Assembly: GCA_964016885.1 (NCBI GenBank)
Contig: OZ024745.1
Location: forward strand, 5,952,001-6,016,000
DNA: 64,000 nt
Source: Eledone cirrhosa
Lineage: Eukaryota
Reading direction: 5' to 3'
Of this stretch, positions 60,708 to 64,000 are shown one piece after another. The position numbers and the translations under genes are program-made. The stretch's first letter is position 1. The number at the start of each line of letters is the position of its first letter. The notes beneath the pieces were generated by a model. That model worked only from the letters and a program-made list of their open reading frames with translations, searched no databases and had not been told where the DNA came from.

Positions 60708-63195
60708 TTTACCTGTTGCAGTCATCCGGCTGAGGACCTGCTGGGGCACCGCCCTTGTTGCTATACATTCTATCTCCAGCCTGTGTTAGCTGGCCATTGG
60801 TGTAAGAGAGAGAGAATTGCTGCTTCCCTTAGGTTACCTTCGTAGCGTGCTGTGGGCTCATCCCGGATCCTGGATAGCAGGGTGTGAAGATGTTTCTTGA
60901 AAACATCCACGTCCACACCATGTAGATATCTTAAATCCCTTGGCAGCTTGTTGAAGAGTTGAGGGCCTTTGAGCCCCAGGCTATTGCAATATCTGCTCCT
61001 TATTCTAGATGTGCAAGACGGGACCCCTGGCACCACACAGTGACGTCCTGTTTGGGGGTTGGTCCAGCTGCTCCCAATGCCAAAGTTTGGTGCTAGTCCC
61101 TCCAGGATTTTCCATATGTATATCACTGCGTATCTCTCCCGTCTTCGTTCCAAGTTTCAGTTCTTTTAGCCTCTCCCAGTAGCTTATCTCCTTCATCGTC
61201 GCAATCTTCTTGGATTGCCTCACTCAAGCTCTGTGGTTAGTTTGATACTATAAGGTGACCACAGCTGGGAGGAATGGTCCAGGCGGCTTAGGACAAATGT
61301 CCTCCATAGTATCAATATGGTCTCTCGGGCTCTTTTCCGGAAAGTTCTCAAGATCCAGCCAGCGAGTCGTCTGCACATTGTCGCCACTTTCATGATGTGT
61401 GAAGAAAAAGATGCACCGTCGCTCATGTTTATTCCCAGGTCTCGTATCGATTTCGATACGGGGATTTCGATCCCTCCTAGTCCAGTGTAACTGTGATGTA
61501 TTGTATTTGTGTTTGCAGGTTGGTATTGTAGGGCTTGACATTTTACAGCTTTAAACTGCAATATCTTCTGCCCATTTGTATATGGCATCTAGATATTGTT
61601 GTAAAAGGGCAGCATCAGCCGGGTTTTGATTGCCTGTGCTACCTTAATGTCATCAGCATAGCTAGTGAGGGATTTTGTACTACCAAAAACAGTTGTGGTC
61701 CTAAGACTGTACCCTGGGAAACTCCACTTGTTATTGATGTTTCCTTTGAGATGGCCCTATTTGCTGCAACTGTCTGCTTCTGTCTTTTAAGAAATCATGC
61801 AGCCACTCACCTACTTTTCTAGTTATGCCGAGTCTGTGTAGTTTGTGACATATCATTCCGTAGTCGACCTTGTCAAAGACCTTCGCAAAGTCAAGATATA
61901 TCACGTCCACATGTGCGCTGTCCAGCAGTTGTTTCAGTACCCAATCGTAGTGATGTAGCAGCTTTGTAAGGCAGCTTCTTCCTGGGCAAAAGCCATGTTG
62001 CATGCTAGTTAGGCGGTCATTTTCCTCGAGGAACGTGATCAATTTCTTTCTGATGATTCGTTCCATGACCTTACTGATATGTGACGTCAGAGATACTGGC
62101 CTGTAGATGTTGGTCTCCACTCTGCTTCCTCCTTTATGGATAGGGCATATTGTGCCTTCTTTTAGCTCTCTGAGTAGTTTACCGCTAGCCAAAGAACTTC
62201 TGAAGAGGGTCATCAGTGGACTTGCTAAGGCCCGCTTACATGTTTTTAGGAGGACTGCTGGGAATCCATCAGGTCCAGCAGCTGAGTTTGTTCTAATTAC
62301 ATCTATGGCTGATACCACATCTTCCTCCGTTATGTCTATGTGGTTGATGGTCGCCATTTCTTGTGGAGTGTTGTGGCATCAAAGAAATCCTCTGGCTTTG
62401 TTATTTGCATGTGCCTCAGTGAACATGTGAACACACTTTTGTACTGTTCGTTCAGTATTTCACTTATCTCTTGAGGATTCTCGGTTAATGAACTGTCTGT
62501 ATGGAAGAGTAACCCAATCCTGCAGTGTACCGAGGCAGTCTCTTTTGCAAATTTAAAGAAGGCCTTAGGGTTTGTTTTAATATTTTCTATGCCCCTGGCT
62601 TCTCTCTCTGCCCTCTCATTTTCATGGGAAAGTTTGAGTGCAGTTTCAATTTCAAGTAGAGCACGTTTCAAAAAGGATTCCTTGTTGTTTTTGTTGTTGT
62701 TGTTTTTTGTGCACTCAACTTATTTGAGAGCTTAGTTGTTCGTCTCATAAGGATTTTCCTGTCTCTGGGAATAAGATGTTTGTGTCCGTTGGTCTTTTTC
62801 TCTGGGATAAACTTACACATATAGTTTGTATTGTTGTCATGAAGTGTTAAAAATGCGTGTTGGTGTTTTGTGCGGTGATGTTGTCGCTCCATATTTGCTT
62901 CCGGATCTCTTTCTTGATCTTTTTCCAGTTAGCCTTGTGAAAGTTAAGGCTGGATAAGTTCCCGGTGCTTCTTAATGGTTGCGTCTCTGTTGACTCTCTC
63001 GGACCACATAACATTAGTTCTACTAAGTTATGATCCGAGAAAATCGTTGGTGTCACCTTTACATTGTGGCTGAGCACTTCGTTGTTTGTAAAGCAGAGAT
63101 CCAGGACATTCTCGCCTCTTGTTGGGAGGAGTACTGCTTGTTCCATGAATTGCCTGTGTGTGAGGGCTAACAGGGACTCCGTCTGTCCCTGTTCG
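60708..63195 (-). mobile_element. Degenerate frameshifted non-LTR retrotransposon (CR1/Jockey group), C-terminal APE endonuclease + RT
   Basis: ORF fragments [13 protein letters not shown]...SDHNLV, AAGPDG, YRPVSLTSHISKVMERII, QHGF..GRSC, DVIYLDFAKVFDKV, FVLSRLD...LWSP, ERRRERY; both ends abut (TA)n. Confidence 0.92.
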
Positions 63196-63206
63196 AGTGA
63201 TGTATA

Positions 63207-63276
<70 letters not shown>

Positions 63277-63340
63277 TGCATACACACACATGTCTACGTG
63301 TATAGATATATGTATACGTGTATGTATGTATGCATGTGTA

Positions 63341-63375
<35 letters not shown>

Positions 63376-63510
63376 GTAAATATGTTTTGAAATAGTGACC
63401 AGATTTGAAATTAGAAAATAGAATAGCTTTCACCGTATTTTTGACTAAAGGAATTTTTAGCCTGATAATGGGGTTTAGAACCCTCAGATAAATGGAAAAA
63501 GATGAGTATT

Positions 63511-63580
63511 GACGTACATGGGAGTCGAACCCAGATCTTTGGTTATCGCGACCACTGTGCTACCATTACACCAACACATC
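63511..63580 (-). pseudogene. tRNA-like sequence (tRNA pseudogene or SINE head; Gln-like D arm)
   Basis: Minus strand GATGTGT-TGGTGTAATGGTAGCAC-A-GTGGT-CGCGATA-ACCAA-AGAT-CTGGGTTCGACTCCCAT-GTACGTC. Cloverleaf plausible but U33 absent; T5 run ~10 nt downstream. Confidence 0.55.
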
Positions 63581-63597
63581 ACCCGATGTATATATAT

Positions 63598-63806
63598 AAC
63601 GAAGGAGATGTGGTAAGGAACCAGATGGACCATAACGCACCAAAGTACTCAATACTTAGGGTAGTAGAGTGGGTAATAGGAACAAGTAGGACCCCAACGG
63701 CTGAGCTCAAGCCGTTTTTTCGACGGCTAATTCTGGACTAAATTTAGTCCAGAATTAGCCGTCGAAACGGCTTGAGCTCAGCCGTCGGGGTCCTAATTGT
63801 TCCTAT
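63598..63806. mobile_element. Fold-back insertion of PLE-like 3' end 'family D' forming a ~130-bp palindrome
   Basis: Minus segment 63598-63742, inverted segment 63743-63806; centre CTGGACTAAA|TTTAGTCCAG; TA repeats on both flanks. Confidence 0.75.
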
Positions 63807-63840
63807 ATATATATATATATATATATAAGAGAGAGAGAGA

Positions 63841-63899
<59 letters not shown>

Positions 63900-63935
63900 G
63901 TGAGAGAGAGGTGTATATGCGTATATATATATATT
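63804..63935. repeat. (TA)n/(GA)n microsatellites
   Basis: Direct read. Confidence 0.92.
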
Positions 63936-64000
63936 CATATAGGAATTGAAATTACATTTACATATTTGACTATGTAATGTACATATGTGTGCCTCCTCTT

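Overview
Eukaryotic, repeat-dominated window with no confidently identifiable host gene. The dense (TA)n/(CA)n/(CT)n microsatellites and a tRNA-derived SINE family suggest an octopod cephalopod (inference). Positions 1-29.7 kb are a G/T-rich 43-bp satellite with multi-kb higher-order duplications. Its monomer looks like the fused, CpG-decayed A and B boxes of a tRNA gene. It abuts a palindrome-rich 62-bp satellite (29.7-32.2 kb). The remainder is minisatellites, microsatellites, SINEs, two CR1/Jockey-group LINE fragments and two Penelope-like elements (PLEs). One PLE is a Naiad-type element forming a nearly perfect ~5.7-kb palindrome. The most notable signal is non-coding. By eye I find seven complete minimal type I hammerhead ribozymes and several half-hammerheads from about six unrelated families, including non-coding ~430-585 bp terminally redundant, retrozyme-like units. 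Nearly all of these sit in or beside (TA)n or other simple-repeat tracts and show fold-back inversions, often breaking at or near the ribozyme. All structures were read by eye and coordinates are approximate to a few bases.
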